NCBI GenBank assembly: GCA_963663405.2
Contig: CAXXSM010000092.1
Location: forward strand, 105,404-169,403
Direction: 5' to 3'
Source of the DNA: a bacterium
Lineage (GTDB): Bacteria; Hinthialibacterota; Hinthialibacteria; Hinthialibacterales; Hinthialibacteraceae
Length of the DNA: 64,000 nt
In this document: piece after piece, positions 1-9,854 of the stretch
Layout: the number at the start of each line of letters is the position of its first letter
How positions within the stretch are numbered: position 1 is the first letter of the stretch
Notes under the pieces: model-generated
Seen by the model: the letters and a program-made list of their open reading frames with translations, nothing else
The model's database searches: none
What the model was told of the DNA's origin: nothing
Translations under genes and position numbers: made by a program

Positions 1-1096
1 GTTTTTTATAGATTTTAAGAACGTCTCGCGCCATAGTCTCTTGGCAAAACAACTGCGCCGCTCGCGTTCGCGCCGCGTTTCCATATTGAATTCGCAGTGT
101 TTTATCCGCGAGCAGTTGATTCAGCGCATCCGCCAGCTGTTTCTGATTGTTTGGGGGAACAACCAAACCCGTCTCTTTATGTAGATTTACATACGATGTG
201 CCCGTTCCCAGTTCCGTCGAGACAAGAGGCCGCCCGCAGGAAGCCGCTTCCGCCAATACTAATCCAAACGCTTCTGAACGGTAGATCGAGGGAAGACAAA
301 ACACATCCGACGCAAAATAGTAAGGCCGTACTGATTCGACCTGTCCGAGAAAGATCACCCGGTCCGTCAGGCGCAGACGATTTGCAAATTCCATCAGATT
401 TGCTAATAATGGCCCATCCCCGACGATTAACAATTTTCCTTCCACCTGTTTCATTGCTTCGATTAATACATGCAATCCCTTGTAATAGCGCAGGATTCCG
501 ACGAATAGCACTAACCGGTCTCCATACCTTCGCCGGATCACCTGCGCTTGTTCGCCGATTTCAGGATTAAAAGTATACCGGTTTAAGGGGATACCTAGCG
601 GGACCACATCACATTTATTTTGATACGGCCGTAAAACATCGGATGTTTGGAGATAGTTGGGTGAGGTGACGATAATCCGGTCCGCTTGGTTCAAAAACGC
701 TTTCCGGAACGGATCGTAGAAAGCGAGCCATCTCTTTTGCCGGATGATGTCGCTGTGATAATGAACGACGATCTTTCCGCGAGGCCGAACCAATAGATGG
801 GACAGCACCGCTGTTGGATTGGGCAGGTGATAGTGAAGAATATCCGCCTTTAATTTTTTGAGCCAATAGGGAAAATAGGGAGACATCGGCGCGGATAAAA
901 ACCGCCCCCACTCTCCCGCCTTGTACACGGTGGTTCCTTCCACCTCGGCGATTTCTGATTTCCGCTTGCGGCTGCAAATTAAAACTGAAACGTCCTCGCA
1001 TTCATCGCGGATTCCTTCAATAATCCGATTGATCGCGATTTCGATCCCCCCGCAGATGGGTGGATAATAATCTTTATAAACATGTAAAATCCGCAC
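1..1096 (-). CDS. GT4 (GT-B fold) glycosyltransferase, 3' end runs off the window
   Basis: Absent from the ORF track; translated by hand from GTG at 1096: MRILHVYKDYYPPICGGIE...HYHSDI...LFVGILRYYKG...FCLPSIYRSEAFGLVLAEAASCGRPLVST (GT4 E-x7-E motif). No stop before base 1. Confidence 0.9.
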   Translation of the reverse strand, partial: MRILHVYKDYYPPICGGIEIAINRIIEGIRDECEDVSVLICSRKRKSEIAEVEGTTVYKAGEWGRFLSAPMSPYFPYWLKKLKADILHYHLPNPTAVLSHLLVRPRGKIVVHYHSDIIRQKRWLAFYDPFRKAFLNQADRIIVTSPNYLQTSDVLRPYQNKCDVVPLGIPLNRYTFNPEIGEQAQVIRRRYGDRLVLFVGILRYYKGLHVLIEAMKQVEGKLLIVGDGPLLANLMEFANRLRLTDRVIFLGQVESVRPYYFASDVFCLPSIYRSEAFGLVLAEAASCGRPLVSTELGTGTSYVNLHKETGLVVPPNNQKQLADALNQLLADKTLRIQYGNAARTRAAQLFCQETMARDVLKIYKK

Positions 1097-1140
1097 TATA
1101 ACAGGCCTTGAAAAGCATTCAGTGTGGGTTGGAATAAAAG

Positions 1141-1296
1141 ATTGTCTGAACCATGATTTAAAATCAGGAAAATCAAGAGAATCATGTAAACCATCATGAT
1201 CGAGATCACAACTGCAAATGAAAATGAATTGCGATAGAAATCGCGAACGAGCTAGTCTCGGAAATTCATTTTCATATAAATCAAGGTTCGGACAAT
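1141..1296. repeat. Family B-like inverted-repeat shell enclosing family A copy 1
   Basis: ATTGTCTGAACCATGATTTA (1141-1160) and TAAATCAAGGTTCGGACAAT (1277-1296) are an 18/20 inverted pair with the same TTGTCTGAA/TTCAGACAA termini as the elements at 4109 and 8004. Confidence 0.6.
1188..1280 (+). repeat. Dispersed palindromic repeat family A, copy 1
   Basis: AAACCATCATGATCGAGATCACAACTGCAAATGAAAATGAATT...AATTCATTTTCATATAAA; aligns by eye with five other copies. Confidence 0.85.
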
Positions 1297-1395
1297 CACA
1301 TTCCGGCAATCACCCAAGAGTAGATAAAAAAACCGGAACCACTTCTACAAAATACTAGCCAAATATATTCGCAATTAAAGTTGCTGTAAATTCTT

Positions 1396-1490
1396 TTTAT
1401 ATGAAAATGAGTTCCTAAAGCAGTCTCGTTCGAATTCGCTCCCACAACTCATTTTCATTTGCAGTTGTAATCTTAAATCATGCTGGTCTA
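1396..1490 (-). repeat. Repeat family A, copy 2 (inverted relative to copy 1)
   Basis: TTTATATGAAAATGAGTT...CTCGTTCG...AACTCATTTTCATTTGCAGTTGTAATCTTAAATCATG. Confidence 0.85.
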
Positions 1491-1665
1491 TATGTGAGCA
1501 GCCCTTACAATGTCCCGGCTTTCCATGATAAGTCCACATAGGTAAATCTACCCCGATTCACTTGACAATCGCAACGCCCCATCAATACTTTCAAAACAGA
1601 TGAATAGTGGGACATACAGTGAATCCAGTAGTATATAAATCTGTTCCCCATAAGGATAGTAACTC

Positions 1666-4029
1666 ATGAAGGAAGCGATCCCTCTCGATACGTATTCCAA
1701 CCCAGACACGTTATTAAAGACGCTTCGGAAGAATGGCCTTTCGCTGACGCCGGACGAAGCGAGAAAAATCTGCGAACGCATCGGACGCGCGCCGACCTGG
1801 GCGGAACTTTTCGTCTTCGATATTGAATGGAGCGAACATTGCTCCTACAAAAGCAGCAAAGCCCTGTTGAAAACCTACCTTCCCACATCGGGAAGCGCCG
1901 TCATCCAAGGGCCGGAGGAAGACGCGGGGATCGTGTTCTTTACAGAACATGAAGGGCGCCGTTATGGGATCGTGATCGCGCACGAAAGCCACAACCACCC
2001 TTCACAAGTCCTTCCATTTGAAGGCGCCGCCACGGGTATTGGGGGCATTGTCCGCGATGTGGATTGCATGGGCGCGTCTGTGATCGCTGTCGCTGATCCA
2101 CTGCGCTTTGGTAATCCAAATGGACAATACGCGGATCGGACGAAATCCATCGTAAGCGGTGTCATCGAGGGAATCTGGAGTTACGGCAACGCGCTTGGAG
2201 TGCCGAACCTGGGCGGCGATGTGGTGTATCATGAAGGATACGACGACAACTGTCTGGTGAACGTTGTCGCGATGGGAATTCTTCCCGAAGAGGACATCAT
2301 CCACAGCCGTATCCCCGAAGACGGCGTTGGTTACGATCTAATTTTAACCGGCAAACCGACGGATCGATCCGGATTCGGGGGCGCGTCGTTCGCTTCCGGC
2401 ACATTGGACCAGGAAGACGAAGAAGAGAACAAAGGCGCCGTCCAAATTCCCGATCCCTTCTTGAAGAATATTTTACTTCACTATAAAGCCACCCACGCGG
2501 TCCGCCGTCTCGCCAAAGAACGGGGAATCACGATTGGGATGAAAGACCTGGGAGCGGGAGGGATCGCATGCGTCTCTTCGGAAATGGGAGCCAGCGCCGG
2601 TTTGGGTGTCGAACTCAATCTCGATAAAGTTCATATCGCTGAAAAAGATCTGCCTCCGGAAATTATTCTCTGCGCCGAAACGCAGGAACGCTATCTCCTG
2701 GCGGTTCCCCCCGAATTCACACCAGACGTTCTCCGGATCTACAATGAAGATTGGGAACTCCCAGCGATCTGTTCAGGAGCGGGAGCGTTTGTCGTTGGTA
2801 AAGCGATTGATGAACCCGCCATGCGCGCCAGTTACCGTGGAGAAACCGTCGTCGATCTTCCCATTGATTTTGTTGTTGAAGGCATTCGATACGACCGCGA
2901 ATCCGCTGCCCCGCAAGTTAAATTCACCGAACCGAAATTCCCAGTTCCCTCCGATTTGCAAGAAGTGTTTCTCGATCTTCTCGCTCATCCGAATATCGCG
3001 TCGAAAGAGGATATCTATCGCCATTACGATACCGAAGTGCAAGGCAGGGCGGTTATTCGTTCAGGTGAAGCCGACGCTGGATTGATGCTGCCTCTGCCCG
3101 ATTGTCCGGCGGGAGTCACGCTTTCAGTGGATGGCAATCCATTCTATGGAGAGATTTCCCCCTTCTGGGGAGGCGCCGCCGCCGTCGCGGAAGCGATGCG
3201 AAACACAGCCGCTACGGGAGCCACCCCGAAAGCGCTCACGGATTGTCTCAATTACGGCAATCCCGAAGTGCCCGAAGATTTCTGGGCGCTGGAAGAGGGG
3301 ATCAAAGGCATTTCCGAAGCGGCCAAGAATCTATACGATCCCCGGCGCGAAGCCGAACCGGTTCCCTTTGTTTCCGGCAACGTGTCTCTCTACAATCAAT
3401 CCACCAGCGGACGGTCGGTTCCTCCATCCACCATTATCGCCTGTATCGGCGTGATCGATGACGCATCAAAAGCGGTGACGCAGGAGATCAAAGAACCGGG
3501 CAATCATCTCGTCCTGATCGGCTCCCGCTATAATGAACTTGGCGGCTCTCAATATTACCAGACGCTTGGAAAAGGAAAGAGCGCGAATGTCCCCATTGTG
3601 CGCTATGAAAACGAGCGTGGAATCATCTATGGCACAATCGAAGCGATTGACCAAGGCCTTGTCCGGTCCGCCCACGATATCTCCAATGGTGGATTGCTGA
3701 CATCGGCGGCGGAAATGCTTCTCACGAATCACCCCCGCCATCGCGCCGGTTTGGAATTGCGTCTGAATACGCTCGAATCCGATTTACGAATCGACACGCT
3801 GCTCTTTTCCGAATCAAGCGGGATGCTTCTTGAAGTGGCGCCAGACAACCTAGAATCGCTGCGGACGGTCTATCAACAATTCTCTATGGATATTTATATA
3901 ATCGGCAAGACAACAGACAACAATCAACTGCGTGTGTATAATCAAGAAGACGCGCTTCTCTTCGAACTGCCCATAGACACAATGCGGAAACGATGGAGAG
4001 GCGATTTCGGCTTAACCCTGGCCTCGTAA
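1666..4029 (+). CDS. purL: Phosphoribosylformylglycinamidine synthase subunit PurL
   Basis: WSEHCSYKSS, ESHNHPS, GAATGIGGIVRD, DLGAGG, ETQER and SGNVSLYN motifs; 787 aa. Confidence 0.97.
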   Translation: MKEAIPLDTYSNPDTLLKTLRKNGLSLTPDEARKICERIGRAPTWAELFVFDIEWSEHCSYKSSKALLKTYLPTSGSAVIQGPEEDAGIVFFTEHEGRRYGIVIAHESHNHPSQVLPFEGAATGIGGIVRDVDCMGASVIAVADPLRFGNPNGQYADRTKSIVSGVIEGIWSYGNALGVPNLGGDVVYHEGYDDNCLVNVVAMGILPEEDIIHSRIPEDGVGYDLILTGKPTDRSGFGGASFASGTLDQEDEEENKGAVQIPDPFLKNILLHYKATHAVRRLAKERGITIGMKDLGAGGIACVSSEMGASAGLGVELNLDKVHIAEKDLPPEIILCAETQERYLLAVPPEFTPDVLRIYNEDWELPAICSGAGAFVVGKAIDEPAMRASYRGETVVDLPIDFVVEGIRYDRESAAPQVKFTEPKFPVPSDLQEVFLDLLAHPNIASKEDIYRHYDTEVQGRAVIRSGEADAGLMLPLPDCPAGVTLSVDGNPFYGEISPFWGGAAAVAEAMRNTAATGATPKALTDCLNYGNPEVPEDFWALEEGIKGISEAAKNLYDPRREAEPVPFVSGNVSLYNQSTSGRSVPPSTIIACIGVIDDASKAVTQEIKEPGNHLVLIGSRYNELGGSQYYQTLGKGKSANVPIVRYENERGIIYGTIEAIDQGLVRSAHDISNGGLLTSAAEMLLTNHPRHRAGLELRLNTLESDLRIDTLLFSESSGMLLEVAPDNLESLRTVYQQFSMDIYIIGKTTDNNQLRVYNQEDALLFELPIDTMRKRWRGDFGLTLAS

Positions 4030-4073
4030 TCGATAGTAACAACTCAGCAAATATAGCGATTAGATATTGAATT

Positions 4074-4301
4074 ACTGATGTTACGCAACTTCATTGATTG
4101 AGATTTTTTTGTCTGAATCAGGATGGCCAGGACAACCAGGATATTCAGGATAGGTATTATCAGAGTGATATTGATCATCGAATAGTAAAATTCATACTCA
4201 AAGTTTTTTATCCTGGTTATCCTTTTCATCTTGGGTATCCAGATTCAGACAAAAGCGGATTCAGAGAAGAACTTCAATCTATTGGTTTGCGTAACATCAG
4301 T
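4074..4301. repeat. Composite nested inverted-repeat element (family B)
   Basis: Outer IR ACTGATGTTACGCA (4074) / TGCGTAACATCAGT (4288-4301); inner IR TTGTCTGAATCAGGAT (4109) / ATCCAGATTCAGACAA (4237-4252), with CAGGA/ATCCT sub-repeats. Confidence 0.85.
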
Positions 4302-4357
4302 GAATTAGTATAAACAAAACATTCAGAGGGCTGTACAATTATTAAAGAGGAACGGTC

Positions 4358-5392
4358 ATGACTGAACCCATTCGAATAGGAATCGTCGGAGCCGGAGCCA
4401 TCGTGCGCGACCGGCATGTTCCCAACCTGCGCAAAATCGATGGCGTCGAACTTGTTTCCGTCTGCAACCAAAGCCGCGAATCATCCGAACGCGCCGCCAA
4501 GGAATTCGGAATCCCGAAAGTCTACGATTCATGGTGGGAACTCGTTCACGCGGATGATATCGATGTGGTCTGGATCGGAACATGGCCATACATGCACAAA
4601 CCGGTCACGCTCGAAGCGTTCAACACGGGCAAACACGTCTTCTGCCAAGCCCGCATGACGATGAACCTCAGCGACGCGAAAGAAATGCTGGACGCTTCAA
4701 AAAAGACAGACCGCGTATCCATGCTCTGCCCCCCACCGATGGGTATGAAGGGTGACCGGTTGATGAAGAAATTGATTCATGAAGACGGCGTTCTGGGCGT
4801 ACTCTACACAATCCACTTCCAAGCGTTATCCGCCGGACTCATCGATCCCGAAACGCCCCTCCATTGGCGGCAAAGAGAAGAACTATCCGGCGTGAATGCG
4901 CTCACAGTCGGCATATACGCCGAGATCATCCACCGCTGGTTCGGCTACACTAAATCCATCACCGCCGAAGCGAAAACCTTCATCCCCGAACGCCCCACGC
5001 AGGAAGGCCCGCGAAAACCAGTCATCCGCCCCGATGTGGTATTCTGCCTCTGCGAAATGGAAAACGGAGCCCTAATGCGCTGCGAATGGAGCGGCCTCGC
5101 CCGCCCCACTTCAGGAGACCAGATCGAAGCCTACGGAAGCAAAGCCGCCCTCCGCTATAATTTCACAACCGATGAAATCCACCTCTCTAAAGAAGGCGCC
5201 CCCTGGCAAAAACAAGAAATCCCCACCGACCTCGCTAAAGAATGGACCGTTGAACAAGACTTCATCGATTCCATCCGGACAGGGAAAGAAATCCATCCGG
5301 ATTTCTATGATGGGGTGAAGTATATGGAATTTACGGAGGGGGTATTTAGGGCTGTTGAGGGGGGGAGGCGGGTGGAATTGCCTTTGGATTGA
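4358..5392 (+). CDS. Gfo/Idh/MocA family oxidoreductase
   Basis: N-terminal IRIGIVGAG Rossmann motif; GKHVFCQARM variant of the EKP motif. Confidence 0.9.
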   Translation: MTEPIRIGIVGAGAIVRDRHVPNLRKIDGVELVSVCNQSRESSERAAKEFGIPKVYDSWWELVHADDIDVVWIGTWPYMHKPVTLEAFNTGKHVFCQARMTMNLSDAKEMLDASKKTDRVSMLCPPPMGMKGDRLMKKLIHEDGVLGVLYTIHFQALSAGLIDPETPLHWRQREELSGVNALTVGIYAEIIHRWFGYTKSITAEAKTFIPERPTQEGPRKPVIRPDVVFCLCEMENGALMRCEWSGLARPTSGDQIEAYGSKAALRYNFTTDEIHLSKEGAPWQKQEIPTDLAKEWTVEQDFIDSIRTGKEIHPDFYDGVKYMEFTEGVFRAVEGGRRVELPLD

Positions 5393-5553
5393 TTGTCTAT
5401 GGACTACGCCAGGAAACACAAGAGTCGTAAATCTTCAATTCCAATTCGTATTGCTTAAGTACTTAATTTGTCTTTCAGCTTTTGTCAGGCGTCAAGCGCG
5501 ACTGGATGCTGTTGTTTGCATGACCTAGTTAAATGCGGCGTTGGCTTAGTCAA

Positions 5554-6234
5554 TCACTTTTCATCTTCATTGGTGCGTAAACCTTCAGTCCACTCACAGA
5601 ATGCTCTTACACCTAACGTGTATAGAATCACAACGACCGCTGCAATGACTGGCGCGCCTACTATACCGAGTATGGGAATGGTTTGAACTAGATAGGCGCC
5701 TAGCGCCAGTCCCCCACTTCCGACAACCATTTCCGGTGTAATAGTTGGAATAGTTTTATCCCCTTTCGCTTGCTCAATCGCGCTTTCGACCTTCTTTCGG
5801 ATCTCAGGATTACCGCAGATATATTTTCGTAGGATGCGCGCGAAGTATCCAAAGAATCCCGTTTCACATTGGGCGTTTTCAGCCAATTCATAAACGGAAA
5901 AGCTATTGAAATAATTTGAATCAACAGTTAGTTCTTGCCGTATCTGCGCCAGTGTTTGATATTGCCAAGTCTCTTTCTTTTCAGGGATCTCGAACTGCTC
6001 ACGAGATTCAAGATTCCATCCACGATATGCGCCAGTGTGTTCCGAGGGTGTAGAGAATGATTCCAGTGTGGCAAAAGGTTGCTTCATCATTACCCCTACT
6101 AGCCGACCAAGACGCTCAGCGCATCGCTGTGGATTACTGTCACTCGCGATATCCTGTAATGATTCACGGTACTCATCCTGAGCTAACGAGCTAAGCTCGG
6201 AAAAACCCTTCAGAAGTGTTTGATCATCCATCAT
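5554..6234 (-). CDS. Hypothetical protein with hydrophobic C-terminal helices
   Basis: 226-aa ORF with SD AAGGAG upstream; hydrophobic GGLALGAYLVQTIPILGIVGAPVIAAVVVIL segment. Confidence 0.7.
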   Translation of the reverse strand: MMDDQTLLKGFSELSSLAQDEYRESLQDIASDSNPQRCAERLGRLVGVMMKQPFATLESFSTPSEHTGAYRGWNLESREQFEIPEKKETWQYQTLAQIRQELTVDSNYFNSFSVYELAENAQCETGFFGYFARILRKYICGNPEIRKKVESAIEQAKGDKTIPTITPEMVVGSGGLALGAYLVQTIPILGIVGAPVIAAVVVILYTLGVRAFCEWTEGLRTNEDEK

Positions 6235-6632
6235 TTAAACTCCTTTTTAAGCGCCTGGCATTCATAAAAAACTTTCAAGGCCAATCGGCGAATTAATCTC
6301 TCAACTTACTTTCATGTAGAACCGATCAACGACGAGGATTGCTTAACTTGAAAGATTTTGTAGTAACTTTAGTTTCAAATATTTTGTGTTAGGATTGATC
6401 CACCAAGCATGTGGCATTTTAATGTAAATAACCACTGTGTCAAGAACATTTTTTTGGATTATTCGAATTTATTATTTATTAATTTTAAGGAATGTTTTGA
6501 TATACAATAAATGAAGCATCACACCTTGAACCATATAAAGCGAATCCTTCCTCTGTAAAACCGGTGACATTGGACGCATATCCAGTTGCCTTCGCCTATC
6601 AGCTGGCTTTCCCAACGATCTCTTCAAGTCGC

Positions 6633-7484
6633 CTATTCTTCGGTTCGAAGAATTCTATACTTATCGGCTAGTTTCTGGGCGCGTGTTTTATTGTAATCGT
6701 AATGATACAGCGCCTTTTCAAAGTTTCCGTAGAGAGGATTTGGGATGAGAATCCACTTCGAACCCCAGCGCGATTGATGCGCGAGCGTTTTTTTAATTCG
6801 TTCCGCTGGAGATACTTTGCCTAGATAAGCGAAGTCATTGTAATCATCGCCCACGAGTAATAGGATTCTATGCGTTTTGGCGATCTCCATTCTGCGGGAC
6901 GTCTTGTCTGATCCCCAATCATCTTGCTCATTCTTACACAGTACATCCCCGGCGGTTATTTTCCGATCAATCACCATTTGAAGATTCTTTACAGTAGGCG
7001 CTTCCAGTTCCCGGTTGGTGACATAGAACACCCGAACGCCAAGATCCCGAATCTTGGTGATAAATTCCTTTGCGCCGGGCACTGGCATGGCCTTCTTTTT
7101 ATTTACCCATACTTTCCACTCTTCGGGTTTGAATTCAATATTCTTTTTTACGAGACCAGCCTGGAAAGGAGAGTTGTCAAGAATCGTCTCGTCAACATCA
7201 ACGATGATTGCGGTTGGAAGGTTCTCATATCCCGCCGTCTGCTCAATCGCCGCCGTCCAATTGGGATCCTTCAATCCTTGCTCCACACAAGCGAGCGCAT
7301 TGGAAAAGGCCTGATGGCAGGCAAACCGGTACTCGGCTGATGTCTGTACCCAGTTGACTCCATTGAGCAGTTCATGGGTTTTCTCGCAATCACGTACCTG
7401 AGCGGTTCCTTGCGTGTTATTATGTATTGACACGCATCCCCCAAGAAAGATAAACAGTATGAAAATACTTGCTCGCACCTTCAT
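6633..7484 (-). CDS. 5'-nucleotidase/acid phosphatase lipoprotein, e(P4) family (HAD class C)
   Basis: Lipobox LGGC; DVDETILDN, VTNR, GDDYNDF and IPNPLYG motifs. Confidence 0.9.
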   Translation of the reverse strand: MKVRASIFILFIFLGGCVSIHNNTQGTAQVRDCEKTHELLNGVNWVQTSAEYRFACHQAFSNALACVEQGLKDPNWTAAIEQTAGYENLPTAIIVDVDETILDNSPFQAGLVKKNIEFKPEEWKVWVNKKKAMPVPGAKEFITKIRDLGVRVFYVTNRELEAPTVKNLQMVIDRKITAGDVLCKNEQDDWGSDKTSRRMEIAKTHRILLLVGDDYNDFAYLGKVSPAERIKKTLAHQSRWGSKWILIPNPLYGNFEKALYHYDYNKTRAQKLADKYRILRTEE

Positions 7485-7549
7485 TTGAACGTTCTCCTTT
7501 CAATCTTCCGCGATGATTACAACACTTATTCAATCAAAACATTTATTTT

Positions 7550-7918
7550 TTATTCTTGATCCCGGTGAACGGTTTCCAGCGAAAAGGCGGGGAGACAGAC
7601 GGCGATGTATTCGGTGTCAACGTCAGGTGTGCTGTATTGAATCCATTCATCCGCCTTGGCGATCACGGCTTCTCCCGCATGTATATTTACGATCTCAGTT
7701 TTTGTCTTGACGCGCAAGGTTCCCTGCAGGACAACCGTGTATTCATCGAATTCCGGTTTTTGTCCGGGCTCTTCCCAGCCTTTTGGACTCTTCATGCGGG
7801 CGATACTTAAATCCTGCGTTTTTGAATTCACGCGGCCGATATATTCTTCGATTGTTTTTGGCTTATTGCCCGCGGCTGTGATGATAGTGGGCTTCTCGAT
7901 TTTTACAGCCATAATCAA
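7550..7918 (-). CDS. Cupin domain protein
   Basis: GWEEPGQKPEFDEYTVVLQG...AGEAVI...YIAVCLPAFS; exact start uncertain. Confidence 0.85.
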   Translation of the reverse strand: MIMAVKIEKPTIITAAGNKPKTIEEYIGRVNSKTQDLSIARMKSPKGWEEPGQKPEFDEYTVVLQGTLRVKTKTEIVNIHAGEAVIAKADEWIQYSTPDVDTEYIAVCLPAFSLETVHRDQE

Positions 7919-7953
7919 TTTGATCCTTTTTTTTAATTGTGTAGTCAGTTTAA

Positions 7954-8218
7954 TAACTGATGTTACGCAAATCTACCAATAGAGATTGATTTAAGGATTG
8001 TTTTTGTCTGAATCAAGATGGCCAAGATTAAAGGATGTTCAGGATTTTTTTCACTTGATTAATGGATTTTGCCATCCGCTGATGGATTCCACTCTGATGA
8101 TTCGTATCCTGAAAATCCTAATCATCCTGGACATCCTGATTCAGACAACGAAAGGTGAATCAATCTATTTTCTCTGTAAATTAGTGGATTATTTGTCGAA
8201 TCTGCGCAACATCAGTTA
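7954..8218. repeat. Composite nested inverted-repeat element (family B), second copy
   Basis: Outer TAACTGATGTTACGCA / TGCGCAACATCAGTTA; inner TTGTCTGAATCAAGAT (8004) / ATCCTGATTCAGACAA (8133-8148). Confidence 0.85.
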
Positions 8219-8337
8219 AATAATGTTGTTCCAGGACATCGTCAAAGTAAAGTGAAACCGCTTCTCTTTTCCCACTCAAAGTATATAATTTCTTATTTAT
8301 CCAAAAATCACCTTATCGGAAGCGAGATTGTTGGTTT

Positions 8338-9753
8338 ATGAATGAATCTATGCGCGCCATTCATTTTTTGAATACGGAATCGAAGCGGAAAGAGGCGTTT
8401 GAGAGTCTTGAACCGGGGCATGTCCGGATTTATACCTGCGGGCCAACGGTGTATGACAACGCGCATATCGGAAATTTCCGGGCGTATGTCTTTGAAGACG
8501 TGATGCGGCGGTATTTACAATACCGGGGCTACCGGGTTACACAGGTCATGAATCTGACCGATGTGGAAGACAAGATCATCCGCAATGCGCGGGAACAAGG
8601 CGTCTCCATCTCCGAATATACCGCGCCCTATGTGACAGCGTTCTTTGAAGATCTCGATACGCTCAACATCGAACGCGCCGAACTCTACCCCCGCGCCACC
8701 GAACATATCGGCGAGATGATCGAATTGATCCGCACTCTGAAAGACAAGGGATACACCTACGAGAAAGACGGATCGGTCTATTACAAGATCGCGCAGTTCC
8801 AATCCTACGGACGCCTATCCGGAATCAAAGTAAACGAGGTCCAATCCGGCGCCCGCATCGATGTGGATGAGTATGAAAAAGACGACGCCCGCGATTTCGT
8901 CCTTTGGAAAGCCCGGAAAGAAGGCGAACACTTTTGGGAGACGGAATTCGGCGAAGGGCGCCCGGGCTGGCATATTGAATGCTCCGCAATGGCGATGAAA
9001 TACCTCGGCCCGCATTTCGATATCCACTGCGGCGGTGAGGACAATATCTTCCCCCATCACGAAAACGAGATCGCGCAGAGCGAAGCCTGCAGCGGAGAAA
9101 CCTACGTCAACTATTGGCTGCATTGCCGCCATCTGCTGGTGGAAGGTGAAAAAATGTCGAAGTCCAAAGGCAATTTCTTCACCCTGCGGGACCTGATCGA
9201 GAAAGGCCATCACCCGATGGCGATCCGCTATCTCCTCGTCTCGAACCATTACCGCACGCCGCTGAACCTAACGGAAGAAGCGCTCCACGCCGCGCACGCC
9301 GCCTGGACGCGCATCATGGATTTCCGCCGCCGCATCCAAGAGACGATCGAAGCGGACGCGGGCGCGGAACGTGTGGAACAACTCGATCGAACGCTCCCCG
9401 CTTTCATCGATCTGTTCAATCAGCGCATGGATGACGATCTCGACACCCCCGGCGCGCTGGCCACTCTTTTCGATTTTATCCGGGAAACAAACAAACTGTT
9501 GGATGAATCAAGCCTGCCCGCCGCGCAAGCGAACAAACTGCTCGAAACGATCGAACGGATCGACACGGTCCTAGGAGTGTTAAAAGAAGAAGAAACTCTC
9601 CTCGACGAAGAGATCGACGCCCTCATCCAAGAACGCCAGCAAGCCCGAAAGAACAAAGACTTCGCCAAGGCCGACGCGATTCGCGACCGCCTCGCGGAGG
9701 AAGGGATCATCCTCGAAGACACCCGCGATGGCGTCCGCTGGAAACGGCGCTGA
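8338..9753 (+). CDS. cysS: Cysteine--tRNA ligase
   Basis: CGPTVY, HIGN, GRPGWHIECSAM, HHENE and KMSKS motifs. Confidence 0.98.
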   Translation: MNESMRAIHFLNTESKRKEAFESLEPGHVRIYTCGPTVYDNAHIGNFRAYVFEDVMRRYLQYRGYRVTQVMNLTDVEDKIIRNAREQGVSISEYTAPYVTAFFEDLDTLNIERAELYPRATEHIGEMIELIRTLKDKGYTYEKDGSVYYKIAQFQSYGRLSGIKVNEVQSGARIDVDEYEKDDARDFVLWKARKEGEHFWETEFGEGRPGWHIECSAMAMKYLGPHFDIHCGGEDNIFPHHENEIAQSEACSGETYVNYWLHCRHLLVEGEKMSKSKGNFFTLRDLIEKGHHPMAIRYLLVSNHYRTPLNLTEEALHAAHAAWTRIMDFRRRIQETIEADAGAERVEQLDRTLPAFIDLFNQRMDDDLDTPGALATLFDFIRETNKLLDESSLPAAQANKLLETIERIDTVLGVLKEEETLLDEEIDALIQERQQARKNKDFAKADAIRDRLAEEGIILEDTRDGVRWKRR

Positions 9754-9854
9754 ATCGACATCCCTCCAAAAATAATGTTGAAATCCGGCATTTTTTGTTC
9801 TTTAATGACGAAATAATGTACTATTATATTTTGTCATTAGCCGGGTGATGAACA

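Noticed and set aside
97-1001. Track ORFs 97-570 (+) and 615-1001 (-)
   Set aside because: Shadow frames of the minus-strand GT4 gene at 1-1096.
5480-6270. Possible integron cassette (attC) around the 226-aa orphan gene
   Set aside because: No convincing RYYYAAC/GTTRRRY pair or L boxes, and no integrase in the window.
4044-8219. Short ORFs 4044-4229, 4098-4313 and 7998-8219
   Set aside because: They are translations of the family B palindromic repeats.
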